Positions 22,827-32,401 are shown, counted from the first letter of the stretch. The stretch: 64,000 nt of DNA from an uncultured Pseudomonadales bacterium (GCA_964574995.1 CAZNPF010000006.1:42877-106876), one strand, 5' to 3'. The notes: a model not told the origin generated them from the letters alone. Numbers and translations are program-made.

Positions 22827-23861
22827 TCAGGGCGAAGATCGCAACGAAAGATACACGGATTCCGTGGCATCCATCATGGCGGCAATGGTCAGTCGCTCGT
22901 GCGCGTGACGCATGGCAGGTTCGCATGCTGATCGGTAAGCCTCGGGATCGGCCAAGGCGCGCAGCAACAGTGCGCGCAGACTGTCGAGATCATTCGCCGG
23001 AATGACACAGCCATCTGGCAAGAAATCCGACACCATACCGACATCGGTACTGATCACCGGCAGACCGGACAACAACGCCTCAGACAACGTATACGGACCA
23101 CCTTCGTTGCGAGAGCTGATGACCAATGCGTCTGCGCTGGCCATCCATTCGCGCACCTGCGTCGACTCGCCGAGCAGATGCACCGTTTTTTTCAGTCCGC
23201 GCTCAAGAATCGTGCGCTCCAGTGCACTGCGTTGCTCGCCTTCACCCAAAATAACGAGACTCGCCACGGCATCCGCCGGCCAAGCCTGCAGCAAGAGATC
23301 AAAACCTTTAGCCGGTACCAAGCGCCCCACGGCCAACAACAACGGACCTGGGTGCGCTGCGCGCCACTGCTGTACCTCAGCCAATGCAGCCGCATTCGGT
23401 GGCGTTTCACGTACGCCGTTGTAAATCACCTGTACGTTGGCGTTCACCTGCGCGAGCGCGGTCGCAATCATGCGGCTCACTGCAATCACGGCATTCATCC
23501 GCCGATACGCACGGTATCCCGATTTGACGTTATGCACAGTTCCTACGGCGCGCGTGGCTTCTGGCCAACCCGCACGCAACAACAAACCGGCCGCCTTGTC
23601 GGCCTGCGCATGCACGATGTCTGGTGCCAGTGCGTACAGCGCACGACGTAATCGCCACCAGCGCAAAGGATTGAGTCGCGACCCGCGCCAATCGAAATCC
23701 TGTACGCGTACGCCCGCACTCGCCCGCGAGCGATACGCGGCATCAGCCAGCACCACCACCTCATGTCCGCGCGCCGCCATGGCTTGTGCAACATCAAACG
23801 TATGTTTTTCTAGCCCGCCCCACACGCCTCCGGAAGTGGCCAGCAAATAAACGATTTTCAT
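22827..23861 (-). CDS. glycosyltransferase family 4 (GT-B, group 1)
   Basis: MKIVYLLATSGGVWGGLEKH N-terminus. The C-terminal half has an E-x7-E-like region (SSRNEGGPYTLSEALLSGLPVI). Confidence 0.8.
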   Translation of the reverse strand: MKIVYLLATSGGVWGGLEKHTFDVAQAMAARGHEVVVLADAAYRSRASAGVRVQDFDWRGSRLNPLRWWRLRRALYALAPDIVHAQADKAAGLLLRAGWPEATRAVGTVHNVKSGYRAYRRMNAVIAVSRMIATALAQVNANVQVIYNGVRETPPNAAALAEVQQWRAAHPGPLLLAVGRLVPAKGFDLLLQAWPADAVASLVILGEGEQRSALERTILERGLKKTVHLLGESTQVREWMASADALVISSRNEGGPYTLSEALLSGLPVISTDVGMVSDFLPDGCVIPANDLDSLRALLLRALADPEAYRSACEPAMRHAHERLTIAAMMDATESVYLSLRSSP

Positions 23862-24643
23862 CGTTCAGCTCCACCGTTTTGCGGCGTATCGCGCATCTGC
23901 GTTACGGGCTGTGTTTGGCTTGCCGTATCACCTTCACCCGCAGCATGCATCTGCGCGGTCGTCGGCATGCCATCGTGCCGCAACTGCCAGAACGTGCTGG
24001 GCATGACGCCAGTTTTACGAACTTCAGCCAGTTCACACATCAGATTTTTGAAGCGCACCATCTTGCGATGTGCGCGTCGCCGCTTGAGCACTGAAGGCAA
24101 CCACGAATACGGAATGAGGCCGGAACTGCCAAGCCCATCAATCACCACCAACCGCACGATGTCGCCCTGCGCGTCGCACTGCGCCACCACGTTATGCAAT
24201 AGCACGTCGCGCGTGGGTACCGGCAACGGAATCCAATCAGCCACAAAGCGCGTATACGCCTGCTCTAATGTGTCTGTGATGCCATTTTCCCAAACGTACT
24301 GCATCACCGAACGCGATACGCGGCCATCCGCATTACGGATCAACTCCGAACAGAGCCCCTGCCCCATATCGGTATCGATAAATCCGTAATTTCGGCTCAT
24401 CACCCGGTACAGCGGCTCGCCGATGCGCGCATCCAGCTGCCGCATGAGCCGGAATTCGGTCAAACTTTCATCGAAAGACGACAGTGGGCGCAAATTACGC
24501 GGAAAACCTTTTTTTCGCCGCAAATCTTCCAAGGTCCACTGCGGGCGACGCACTTTCACCACACGGTCAGAAAATTTCGGATGAACGAAACACAACCGGT
24601 TGCCACCACGCGCAAACGGTTTTTCGTCCTTGAGTAAAATCAT
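23858..24643 (-). CDS. YrbL-like (PhoP-regulated network protein family) kinase-fold protein
   Basis: The N-terminus ARGGNRLCFVHPKFSDRVVKV resembles the E. coli YrbL GTGRHRKCYAHP...IKI pattern. It has ATGA-type overlaps with both neighbouring glycosyltransferase genes. Confidence 0.55.
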   Translation of the reverse strand: MILLKDEKPFARGGNRLCFVHPKFSDRVVKVRRPQWTLEDLRRKKGFPRNLRPLSSFDESLTEFRLMRQLDARIGEPLYRVMSRNYGFIDTDMGQGLCSELIRNADGRVSRSVMQYVWENGITDTLEQAYTRFVADWIPLPVPTRDVLLHNVVAQCDAQGDIVRLVVIDGLGSSGLIPYSWLPSVLKRRRAHRKMVRFKNLMCELAEVRKTGVMPSTFWQLRHDGMPTTAQMHAAGEGDTASQTQPVTQMRDTPQNGGAER

Positions 24644-25683
24644 GGCTTCAAGCTGCCATCAGGATTTACGTCGCGCGCCCAGACGTAATCGTGACTAAAG
24701 GGCAGGCCGAAAGTTGCCTCAACGATAAAGCGCGCATATAGCGTCGAATTCAGTTCGCGATGAAAATACGAACGCGCGCGCGACGCCCAGTCCCGACGCT
24801 TGGCATCATCATGATGAAACTCTCTGACCTTACTGGCCAAATCCACTTCATCACGGAAATAGACGACAGTTTCAGCCGGCAGTAATTCATCAAAACGTTG
24901 GCTCGCTGCCGTAAATTGCAAAATACCATTGCCGGCGAGCTGCGCCATACGATCCGAGGCATACCAATAATCGCCTTCTTGCCGGTTCAAGTTCAGACTC
25001 ATCCGGGTGCGCGCCAACACGCGGTCATAGTCGCGACCCCAAACCGGCGCCTCATCGAAACTGCCCGGCGTTCGGAAGTTGAGTTCAGAACCTAGCGTAT
25101 CGCGAATGTGCTGAACGATTTTTCCACGCGTCGAGAACTTGGTCGCGTTACTGCAAAACAGCAAATCAATATCCAAATCACTTCGCTGTGAATTATCCAG
25201 CGGCTCCATCGCGGCATCGACGGCATTCGGGAAATGGAATATGCGAGCGCCAAAACCTTCAAACTGCGCCAGATCACGTTTTCCTGTTGTGACGAACACC
25301 GCATCACAAATAGCCGCCCTCGCTTTGATATTTGCAACATTTGCCGGTACGAACATCGGATCGCAGTTGCAGTGCGCCAGTTTCGTTGCTGGCCGCAAAC
25401 GTCGGATATCGCGCACCGTCGCATCGGTGATTTGGTCGCAATGGCCGAGGATCACCAAATCTGGCTCGGTCGCTTCGACCATCTCCAGCAAACGCGAGTT
25501 GGCTTTTCGCCAACCCAGATCGCGCAAGCCCAACGGCGCCTCAAACGCTGCGATATCACGGTCGCTAAAACTTTGTAGGTAATGATCGTTTCGGATCATG
25601 CCGAACGCCATTTTTTCGACCCAATTACCGTGGGTGTGGCCGTAGCGCCGGATCTGTTGATAATCCACGTGCAGCACGCGCAT
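24640..25683 (-). CDS. CgeB-like glycosyltransferase (DUF3880 / Glyco_trans_1_2-type)
   Basis: The C-terminal segment (VVYFRDEVDLASKVREFHHDDAKRRDWASRARSY) is typical of CgeB-family GT-B proteins. This is recognition by pattern only. Confidence 0.5.
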   Translation of the reverse strand: MRVLHVDYQQIRRYGHTHGNWVEKMAFGMIRNDHYLQSFSDRDIAAFEAPLGLRDLGWRKANSRLLEMVEATEPDLVILGHCDQITDATVRDIRRLRPATKLAHCNCDPMFVPANVANIKARAAICDAVFVTTGKRDLAQFEGFGARIFHFPNAVDAAMEPLDNSQRSDLDIDLLFCSNATKFSTRGKIVQHIRDTLGSELNFRTPGSFDEAPVWGRDYDRVLARTRMSLNLNRQEGDYWYASDRMAQLAGNGILQFTAASQRFDELLPAETVVYFRDEVDLASKVREFHHDDAKRRDWASRARSYFHRELNSTLYARFIVEATFGLPFSHDYVWARDVNPDGSLKP

Positions 25684-25754
25684 AACATTCCCCGAGCGTT
25701 GCCGATATCTGCCCGGCTATACCGGCGCAGTGCGATAGAAAATCAGATTAAAAA

Positions 25755-26963
25755 TTAGCGAGGATTGTTGGCCAGTGACCGGTAAACGTCCAGCGTCTGC
25801 CCACACATCTCGCTCAGCAGAAAGTCATGGCTTTCGGCCGGGTACTGTGGTGACGCCAGCCATTGGCGTGTGCGCGCCAGCAACGCCGCCTCGTCGCCGG
25901 CCGGCACAACGCCGAACGGAAACATCCGCCGGATCACCTCGCCGGAGCCACCCACATCCCAACCGATCAAGGGCCGGCCCAGCCGTAACGGTTCCAAGGT
26001 GGTGCGGCCAAACGCTTCCGGCGTGATCCGCAGCGCAAACACCAGATCGCATTGCGTCAGCACGAGATTCATATCGTTGCGATGCCCTGTAAACGTGACG
26101 ACATCGCGCAAGCCCAATTCTTCCACGCGCTGCTGCAATTCACCGGGATACGCCGGCTTGTTCGGCTCTTCACCGCCAATAATCAAACCGTGTACGTCGG
26201 GAGATTCACGGCGCAGCGCGGCGAGTAAACGCAAAAAGGTTTCGTGCCCTTTGACGCGCGAGAGGCGGCCCGGCAGCGCCAACACTTTCTTTCCCACCAA
26301 CTGCGGGTACTGCGTGCGCCACGCATGCAACCAATCGGCATCCGGCATCAAGCCATACGGAAACTCTTCTGCCGCCGCGCCCCGATAAATCAATCGCAAA
26401 CTCTCGGACGGGCAATCCGGATAATTATTGAGCACGTAATCACGCACCGCCTCTGAAATCACAATGACGCGCTCGCCTTTGGTCATGATTTCGCTGTAAC
26501 GGCTCACCGAATACAGACCATGCACCGTGGTGACAAAGCGAGGGCGCGTCGATGGCGGCATCTTGCGCCACGCCAGAAAAGCAATCCAAGCTGGGATGCG
26601 AGAGCGCGCATGCACAATGTCTGGCTTCAGTTCAGCCAATAGCCGGCGGAACGGCCGCACCTGAAAAAAACTGGCCGGTGATTTTCGATGCACCGGCATC
26701 GTGATGTGTTCGCTGCCCTCGCGCTCCAACTGTGCGACCAATTTTCCGCCGTTGGAGACCACCACGGAGCGATGACCGGCCTGCACCAACGCCTGAGCAA
26801 TCTCCAGCGTGCCGCGTTCCACACCACCAGCATCCAATGCTGGCAAAATTTGCAGGACTGTTAATCGTTGTGAACTTTTTTCAGCGCCCACGATCACACC
26901 CGCGCCTTGTTGGCCAGCGGCCGATGCCCCCACCAATTTTCCTTGCGCCACTGGTTCACTCAT
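25755..26963 (-). CDS. glycosyltransferase family 4 (GT-B, group 1)
   Basis: LQILPALDAGGVERGTLEIAQAL N-terminal motif and a GT-B C-terminal half (EAFGRTTLEPLRLGRPLIG). Confidence 0.8.
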   Translation of the reverse strand: MSEPVAQGKLVGASAAGQQGAGVIVGAEKSSQRLTVLQILPALDAGGVERGTLEIAQALVQAGHRSVVVSNGGKLVAQLEREGSEHITMPVHRKSPASFFQVRPFRRLLAELKPDIVHARSRIPAWIAFLAWRKMPPSTRPRFVTTVHGLYSVSRYSEIMTKGERVIVISEAVRDYVLNNYPDCPSESLRLIYRGAAAEEFPYGLMPDADWLHAWRTQYPQLVGKKVLALPGRLSRVKGHETFLRLLAALRRESPDVHGLIIGGEEPNKPAYPGELQQRVEELGLRDVVTFTGHRNDMNLVLTQCDLVFALRITPEAFGRTTLEPLRLGRPLIGWDVGGSGEVIRRMFPFGVVPAGDEAALLARTRQWLASPQYPAESHDFLLSEMCGQTLDVYRSLANNPR

Positions 26964-27901
26964 GCCGGCAGCCAGTCCATGATGTGCAACGCCACACGCT
27001 CGGCTTCATTGATCGGTTTTTCCTGGCGGAGCAGCTCGCGCGTTTCTTTCCAAGCAAGAAATGGCGTAATCAAACCATCGGCCACCAACTGGTCGATGCC
27101 GTTCGTCACGCGATCGGCATTCAAGCGCGGAACCCACAGCACACCGGTCGCTGCGCCGGACGTAAGTGCCTCGTAAATCATCGACACGCTGTCTTCCGTG
27201 ACCCACACCTGCGAACTCACGGTGATCGCATCGGCTACCCAGCTCGCATCGGTCTCTGCAAAGGGAATGACTTCGACGCCGATTCCGCGCAACGTCTTCA
27301 GCGTTTCTCGCGTGGGCTCTGGCGTGCGACGCGAACTGGTCAATGCCCAACGCATCCCTGGCGTTTCTTTGACGATTTGCCGCACTTGTGTGATCAGGGT
27401 TTTTTCATCCCAACCGTGATGCTTGGATGGACCACCAATCAAAAATAACCCTTGCGTCGGCTTCTGATGCACCGACGCACGCTGCACATTCAGCACGCCA
27501 CGCGTGGTGAACACATTGGCGCGCGACGGTGGCGCATCGTGTTGCGGCAGCACGCAAAGATCAAACCATGCCAACGGCAAGGTCGGCGTCATCAGAATCA
27601 CCGAGCGGCCACCGTAAGCGCGCGTCGCGGCCAAAGCCGCCAAATGCGCGGCGTGCCCGCAACCGACGACCAAGTCCGGCTTGGGTAAACCTTCGCCCGC
27701 CGGAAAATGGCGGCGCAGCGCATTAAAGACGTCGCGCCAACGAAAACCGGGGGCGACGTCCAACCAGTGCGATTCAACCTGTGCGCGCCGCGCTAACGCA
27801 CGCGACAGTCCTTCGAGTTGCGTACGATGCCCAGGCCGGCCATCGGTGATGAGCCACAGTACCAGCCGACGCTGCGCTGCCTCGAAAGCCTGCTCCATCA
27901 C
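26960..27901 (-). CDS. ELM1/DUF1022-family protein (putative GT-B glycosyltransferase-like)
   Basis: LWLITDGRPGHRTQLEGLSRAL matches the ITDGKxGHxNQ pattern of bacterial ELM1-family proteins. It overlaps the next GT4 start by 4 bp. Confidence 0.6.
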   Translation of the reverse strand: MMEQAFEAAQRRLVLWLITDGRPGHRTQLEGLSRALARRAQVESHWLDVAPGFRWRDVFNALRRHFPAGEGLPKPDLVVGCGHAAHLAALAATRAYGGRSVILMTPTLPLAWFDLCVLPQHDAPPSRANVFTTRGVLNVQRASVHQKPTQGLFLIGGPSKHHGWDEKTLITQVRQIVKETPGMRWALTSSRRTPEPTRETLKTLRGIGVEVIPFAETDASWVADAITVSSQVWVTEDSVSMIYEALTSGAATGVLWVPRLNADRVTNGIDQLVADGLITPFLAWKETRELLRQEKPINEAERVALHIMDWLPA

Positions 27902-27914
27902 CGGATACGCTCGC

Positions 27915-28838
27915 TTATTTGCAGTACGTCAACCAATCGACGTGCTTCGCACTCTTACCGCGCACCACCTCGGCGTACTTCGCCTGCAGCACCGTCGTGA
28001 TCGGGCCACGTTTACCAATGCCGATTTGCCGGGTATCGAGTTCACGCACCGGCGTGACTTCCGCCGCCGTGCCGGTGAAGAACACCTCATCGGCGATATA
28101 AACCTCGTCGCGAGTAATGCGTTTTTCTTTCACCGTGTAACCGAGCTCGCTGGCCAACTGCATCACCGACTTGCGGGTAATGCCATCGAGACAGCTGGTG
28201 ACTTCCGGCGTATAGATGATGCCATCACGCACAACGAAAACGTTTTCAGCCGACCCTTCCGACACAAAGCCTTCGGTGTCCAGCATCAAGGCTTCTTCAG
28301 CACCGCCCGACAGCGCTTCATTCAACGCCAGCATGGAACTGATGTAGTTGCCGTTGGCTTTTGCACGCGTCATGGATACGTTGACGTGATGGCGTGCGAA
28401 GCTGGACGTGCGCACCTTGATGCCCTGTTCCATCGCTTCGGCCGACATATAGGCCGGCCATTCCCACGCGGCGACGATCACGTTGACGGACAAGCCCTTG
28501 GCGCGCAATCCCATCGCCTCGGAGCCAAAGAACACCATCGGGCGCAAATACGCATGCGGCAACTTATTGCCCTTGATGACGTCGACATGCGCCGCACTGA
28601 TTTCATCCTGACTGAACGGCACTTTCATGTTCATGATGTGCGCTGAGTCAAACAGGCGACGTGTATGTTCTTTCAGACGAAAAATGGCCGCGCCTTTTTC
28701 CGTTTCGTACGCACGCACGCCTTCGAACACACCCATGCCGTAATGCAATGTGTGTGTGAGCACGTGGGTACTGGCTTCACGCCAAGGCACTAATTTGCCG
28801 TTGAACCAGATGACGCCGTCACGATTAGACATCGACAT
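27915..28838 (-). CDS. ilvE: branched-chain amino acid aminotransferase
   Basis: WFNGKLVPWREASTHVLTHTLHYGMGVFEGVRAY, full length. Confidence 0.95.
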   Translation of the reverse strand: MSMSNRDGVIWFNGKLVPWREASTHVLTHTLHYGMGVFEGVRAYETEKGAAIFRLKEHTRRLFDSAHIMNMKVPFSQDEISAAHVDVIKGNKLPHAYLRPMVFFGSEAMGLRAKGLSVNVIVAAWEWPAYMSAEAMEQGIKVRTSSFARHHVNVSMTRAKANGNYISSMLALNEALSGGAEEALMLDTEGFVSEGSAENVFVVRDGIIYTPEVTSCLDGITRKSVMQLASELGYTVKEKRITRDEVYIADEVFFTGTAAEVTPVRELDTRQIGIGKRGPITTVLQAKYAEVVRGKSAKHVDWLTYCK

Positions 28839-28901
28839 GGAATGCTCCTCGGATCTGCCGACAATGCACCACAGCCCGTCACGGGCCAGTGCTGAAATTT
28901 T

Positions 28902-31900
28902 TCAATGAATGCTTGCGCCAGCGGCTGTTTCGCCGATGACCGCCAACCAGATACGGCGGACATGGGCGCGTGACTCCGCGTATTCCGCCGCCGCCACCCT
29001 CGTCTTGCTTTTGGCAAGCGCCGCACGATGCGTGAGGGTTCTGAACCGGAGATACACCTCGCGCAACAAGGCAGCATCTCCTGCCGGCAATAAGCCGGCG
29101 TCTGCCAGCGCTTCGAGCTGACGGACGTTGTCGGTATAACGGGTAAGTTCGGGGTGTTCGCGGGACCAACGCAAGACGAGATATTGAACCAGAAATTCGA
29201 TATCCACGATACCGCCGGGGTCGTGCTTCACGTCGAACAATGCGGCCTTTTCATCCGCAGAAATTGCCTTGTCGGTGGCCAAGCCATGGTGCTCGATCAT
29301 CTTGTCGCGCATGGCAGCCACCTCGTTGCGCAGCCGCACCGGATCCCGCTCACCGGTCAGCGTGTCGTGCCGCAAAGCGAGAAACGCATCACTCACCGCG
29401 GCGTCACCCGCCACTGGCCGGGCACGCACCAGCGCCTGATGCTCCCACGTCCACGCATTGGCCTGCTGATACTGCCGCAACGCCGCCAGCGAACTGACCA
29501 TCAGGCCCGCCGCGCCGGATGGCCGCAGCCGCATATCGACCTCGTACAAGGCCCCGGAAAACGTGCGCGTCGTCAGCACGTTGATGATGCGCTGCACCAA
29601 CCGGGTATAAAACGCCTCGTTGCTGAGTTCACGCTCGCCATCCGTGCTGCCATCGGCCGGTGCATCGTAGATAAAAACCAGATCGAGATCCGAGCCATAA
29701 GACAACTCGATACCACCGAGCTTTCCATAAGCCACGATGCAAAAGCCGGACGCCATCGCACGGCCTTCGGCGTCACGCGGGCATCCGTGCTTGGCCGTCA
29801 TGTCGCGCCAAGCAATCGCCAGCACCTCGCTCAGCAGCGCTTCAGCAATCCACGTCAAGTAATCACTGACTTTCATCAACGGCAGCGTTTCCATGAGATC
29901 GGAAGCGGCCACCTTCAACACATGCGCCAATCGAAAATGTCGCAGCACTTCCAGCAACTGCTCACTATCATCTTCCGGAACACGCGCCAATTGCGCTCGA
30001 AGATCGGCGCGCAACTCTTCTAACTGCGGTGGCGCATACAGCAAACGCGTGTTGATCAACTCATCGAGTAGCGCGGGGTGCCTCGCAATCTCATCGGCAA
30101 TCCATTCGCTGGCATGGCATAGCCGCACCAGCTCTGACAGTGCCGGCAAGTTCTCACTCAGCAATGCCATGTAGGTGGATCGCCGCAAAATGGCCGAAAT
30201 CACTTTCAATAAACGCGGCATCAGCACGCCGGCATCCAAACCAGCATGCTCTTTTTCAGCGACGGCAATCACCGCTCGCAGCAGTTGCGGCATCAATAAA
30301 TCAAGGCGTTCGCGAGAAATCGTTTGCAAATTGACGACATGGCGATCTTCACGGAACGCGGTTAACGCCGATAGCACGCCCGCCGCACCGATAAGGGATC
30401 GCGATTCCAGTGCTGCCACGGCGGTTGGTTCTGGCAAATGCCCCTGCCAGAGATCGACCCATTCATCACCAGCAATGGTTTCGGCGGATTCATCCTCAGG
30501 CAACGACAGCACGCCACGAAAATGACGATGAACTGCCGCGCGATGCTGATCCAGTGTCGCCAAAAATTGCGGCCAATCCGCAAAGCCCATGGCAAAAGCC
30601 AATCGCAAACGTGTTTCATCGTCATCCGGCAACGATTGCGTCTGACGGTCGGCCAACGCCTGCAACCGATGTTCGGTGCGCCGCAAAAAATCATAGCCCG
30701 CGACCAACTCGTCGTGCGCTTGCTGTGTAATGACGCCCAGCGACGCCAGCGTATCCAGCACCGGCCACAATTCGCGTTTTTGTAACCGAGGATCAAGTCC
30801 GCCACGAATCAACTGGAAGGCCTGCACGATAAACTCGACTTCGCGAATGCCGCCGGGCCCCAATTTGACGTTGTGTTCCATGCCCTTGCGCGTCACTTCA
30901 CGGCTGATCATTGCCTTGAGTTCACGCAGCGAACCAAACGCGCTGTAGTCAATATATCGGCGATAGACGAAGGGCCGCAGTCGCCGCAACAGTTCTTCGC
31001 CGGATGCCATGTCGCCCGCGCAGATCCTCGCCTTGATCATGGCGTAGCGCTCCCACGCACGGCCTTGCTCTTCGTAATAGCTTTCCATCGCATCGAAGCC
31101 AGCAGCCAGCGCGCCACTGCTGCCCCAAGGGCGCAGACGCATATCAACACGAAATACAAAACCGTCATCCGTCACGGCATCCAACACTTTGATCAACCGC
31201 CGACCCAGGCGGGTAAAAAATTCATGGTTAGACAACGTGCGAGGAACGCCTTGCGTTTCCCCTTCTTCCGGATACGCGAAAATCAAATCGATATCACTGG
31301 ACAGATTGAGTTCGTGGGCGCCCAACTTGCCCATGCCGATCACCACCAGCTTCTGCGGTGCAGCAGACGACTCAGCCGTCGGCACGCCATGGTCACGCTC
31401 CGCCCACGCCGTCAGTTTTTCCAAGGCGAGGTCGATGCAGGCGTCGGCAAGATCTGAAAGCTCGCGCACCGTTTCTGCCAGCGATGCACCATTCACACCC
31501 TGTGAAATGTCGCGCCAGATGATGCGCATCATTTCGCGATGCCGAACGGCTCGCAACACAGCGGACAGCGCGTCATCGTCGACGACCGACGACAATGCGC
31601 TGGCGAGGTGCGCACGCAACTCGCCAGGCGCACGAGCGCGCTGCAGTGACCCATCGGCCAATAACTCCGCCAACACCTGTGGCCGGCGTTGACATTGCAT
31701 CGCAACGTAATCACTGCCTGCCCACGTGCGCAGCAGTTGATTCAGCCATACATCATCATTCATCGCGGCCGGCAGCGCTTGCTCTACAGCAAGCAATTTT
31801 TCGCTGTAACTCTGCCAATGATTGGATGCCAGAACGGCGAGCGGCCCTGGCAGTTTTGCCAGAGCCGCATGGAGGCGATCAGAAGAGATCATCAAAAATC

Positions 31901-31910
31901 CGCGTGCCAA
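28902..31910 (-). CDS. glnE: bifunctional glutamine synthetase adenylyltransferase / adenylyl-removing enzyme
   Basis: Two nucleotidyltransferase cores, GKLGAHELNLSSDIDLIF and GKLGGIELSYGSDLDLVF. The length is about 1000 aa. An alternative start is at 31892. Confidence 0.95.
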   Translation of the reverse strand: MARGFLMISSDRLHAALAKLPGPLAVLASNHWQSYSEKLLAVEQALPAAMNDDVWLNQLLRTWAGSDYVAMQCQRRPQVLAELLADGSLQRARAPGELRAHLASALSSVVDDDALSAVLRAVRHREMMRIIWRDISQGVNGASLAETVRELSDLADACIDLALEKLTAWAERDHGVPTAESSAAPQKLVVIGMGKLGAHELNLSSDIDLIFAYPEEGETQGVPRTLSNHEFFTRLGRRLIKVLDAVTDDGFVFRVDMRLRPWGSSGALAAGFDAMESYYEEQGRAWERYAMIKARICAGDMASGEELLRRLRPFVYRRYIDYSAFGSLRELKAMISREVTRKGMEHNVKLGPGGIREVEFIVQAFQLIRGGLDPRLQKRELWPVLDTLASLGVITQQAHDELVAGYDFLRRTEHRLQALADRQTQSLPDDDETRLRLAFAMGFADWPQFLATLDQHRAAVHRHFRGVLSLPEDESAETIAGDEWVDLWQGHLPEPTAVAALESRSLIGAAGVLSALTAFREDRHVVNLQTISRERLDLLMPQLLRAVIAVAEKEHAGLDAGVLMPRLLKVISAILRRSTYMALLSENLPALSELVRLCHASEWIADEIARHPALLDELINTRLLYAPPQLEELRADLRAQLARVPEDDSEQLLEVLRHFRLAHVLKVAASDLMETLPLMKVSDYLTWIAEALLSEVLAIAWRDMTAKHGCPRDAEGRAMASGFCIVAYGKLGGIELSYGSDLDLVFIYDAPADGSTDGERELSNEAFYTRLVQRIINVLTTRTFSGALYEVDMRLRPSGAAGLMVSSLAALRQYQQANAWTWEHQALVRARPVAGDAAVSDAFLALRHDTLTGERDPVRLRNEVAAMRDKMIEHHGLATDKAISADEKAALFDVKHDPGGIVDIEFLVQYLVLRWSREHPELTRYTDNVRQLEALADAGLLPAGDAALLREVYLRFRTLTHRAALAKSKTRVAAAEYAESRAHVRRIWLAVIGETAAGASIH

Positions 31911-31945
31911 AGAACGCGCATGGAAATAACGCCAACGCTACTGAT

Positions 31946-32401
31946 TTACGACACCGTCTCTTGCCGCACAACGTCGAAACTATTGCCATTTTGCGCGGTG
32001 ATGCGGACCGCAGTACCCGCAGGCATGTCCGCACCGCTGACAGTCCACAGCGTGTCATCGAGCCGGATGCGACCATTGCCACCGACAATCGCCTCTTCCA
32101 GCAACACGACGCGCCCGATGTGTTCGACGCCCCGCGCCCGATTGATCACCGGTTCCTTTTGCTTGCGCGCATCCAGACGCCGCCAAAGCAACACACTGAC
32201 CACCGACGCCACACCGAAAATCACCAGCTCGGCCTGCCAGCCAATCAGCCCCGGCAGCAGCCACGCCATCACGCCGGTGAAAAGCGCCGCAATGCCCAGC
32301 CACATCAAAACACTGGCGCCAACGATCAGCACGTCTACCAGCAGCAGGCCGAGCCCGAGCGCCAGCCAATGCCAGAATTGCAGCAGCTCAACGTTCGCCA
32401 T
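31946..32401 (-). CDS. NfeD-family membrane protein
   Basis: Three N-terminal TM helices plus a C-terminal OB-like domain (GRIRLDDTLWTVSG). It shares a 1-nt TGATG overlap with the upstream SPFH gene. Confidence 0.8.
   Translation of the reverse strand: MANVELLQFWHWLALGLGLLLVDVLIVGASVLMWLGIAALFTGVMAWLLPGLIGWQAELVIFGVASVVSVLLWRRLDARKQKEPVINRARGVEHIGRVVLLEEAIVGGNGRIRLDDTLWTVSGADMPAGTAVRITAQNGNSFDVVRQETVS

Noticed and set aside
27681-28646. A 321-aa plus-strand ORF antisense to ilvE.
   Set aside because: It lies entirely inside a well-supported ilvE gene on the other strand. Its translation is Arg/His/Ala-rich and low in complexity, as is typical of shadow ORFs in GC-rich DNA, and I recognise no motifs.
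29154-30023. A 289-aa plus-strand ORF antisense to glnE.
   Set aside because: It is a shadow ORF inside glnE, with an Arg/Gln/His-rich composition and no start context or motifs.
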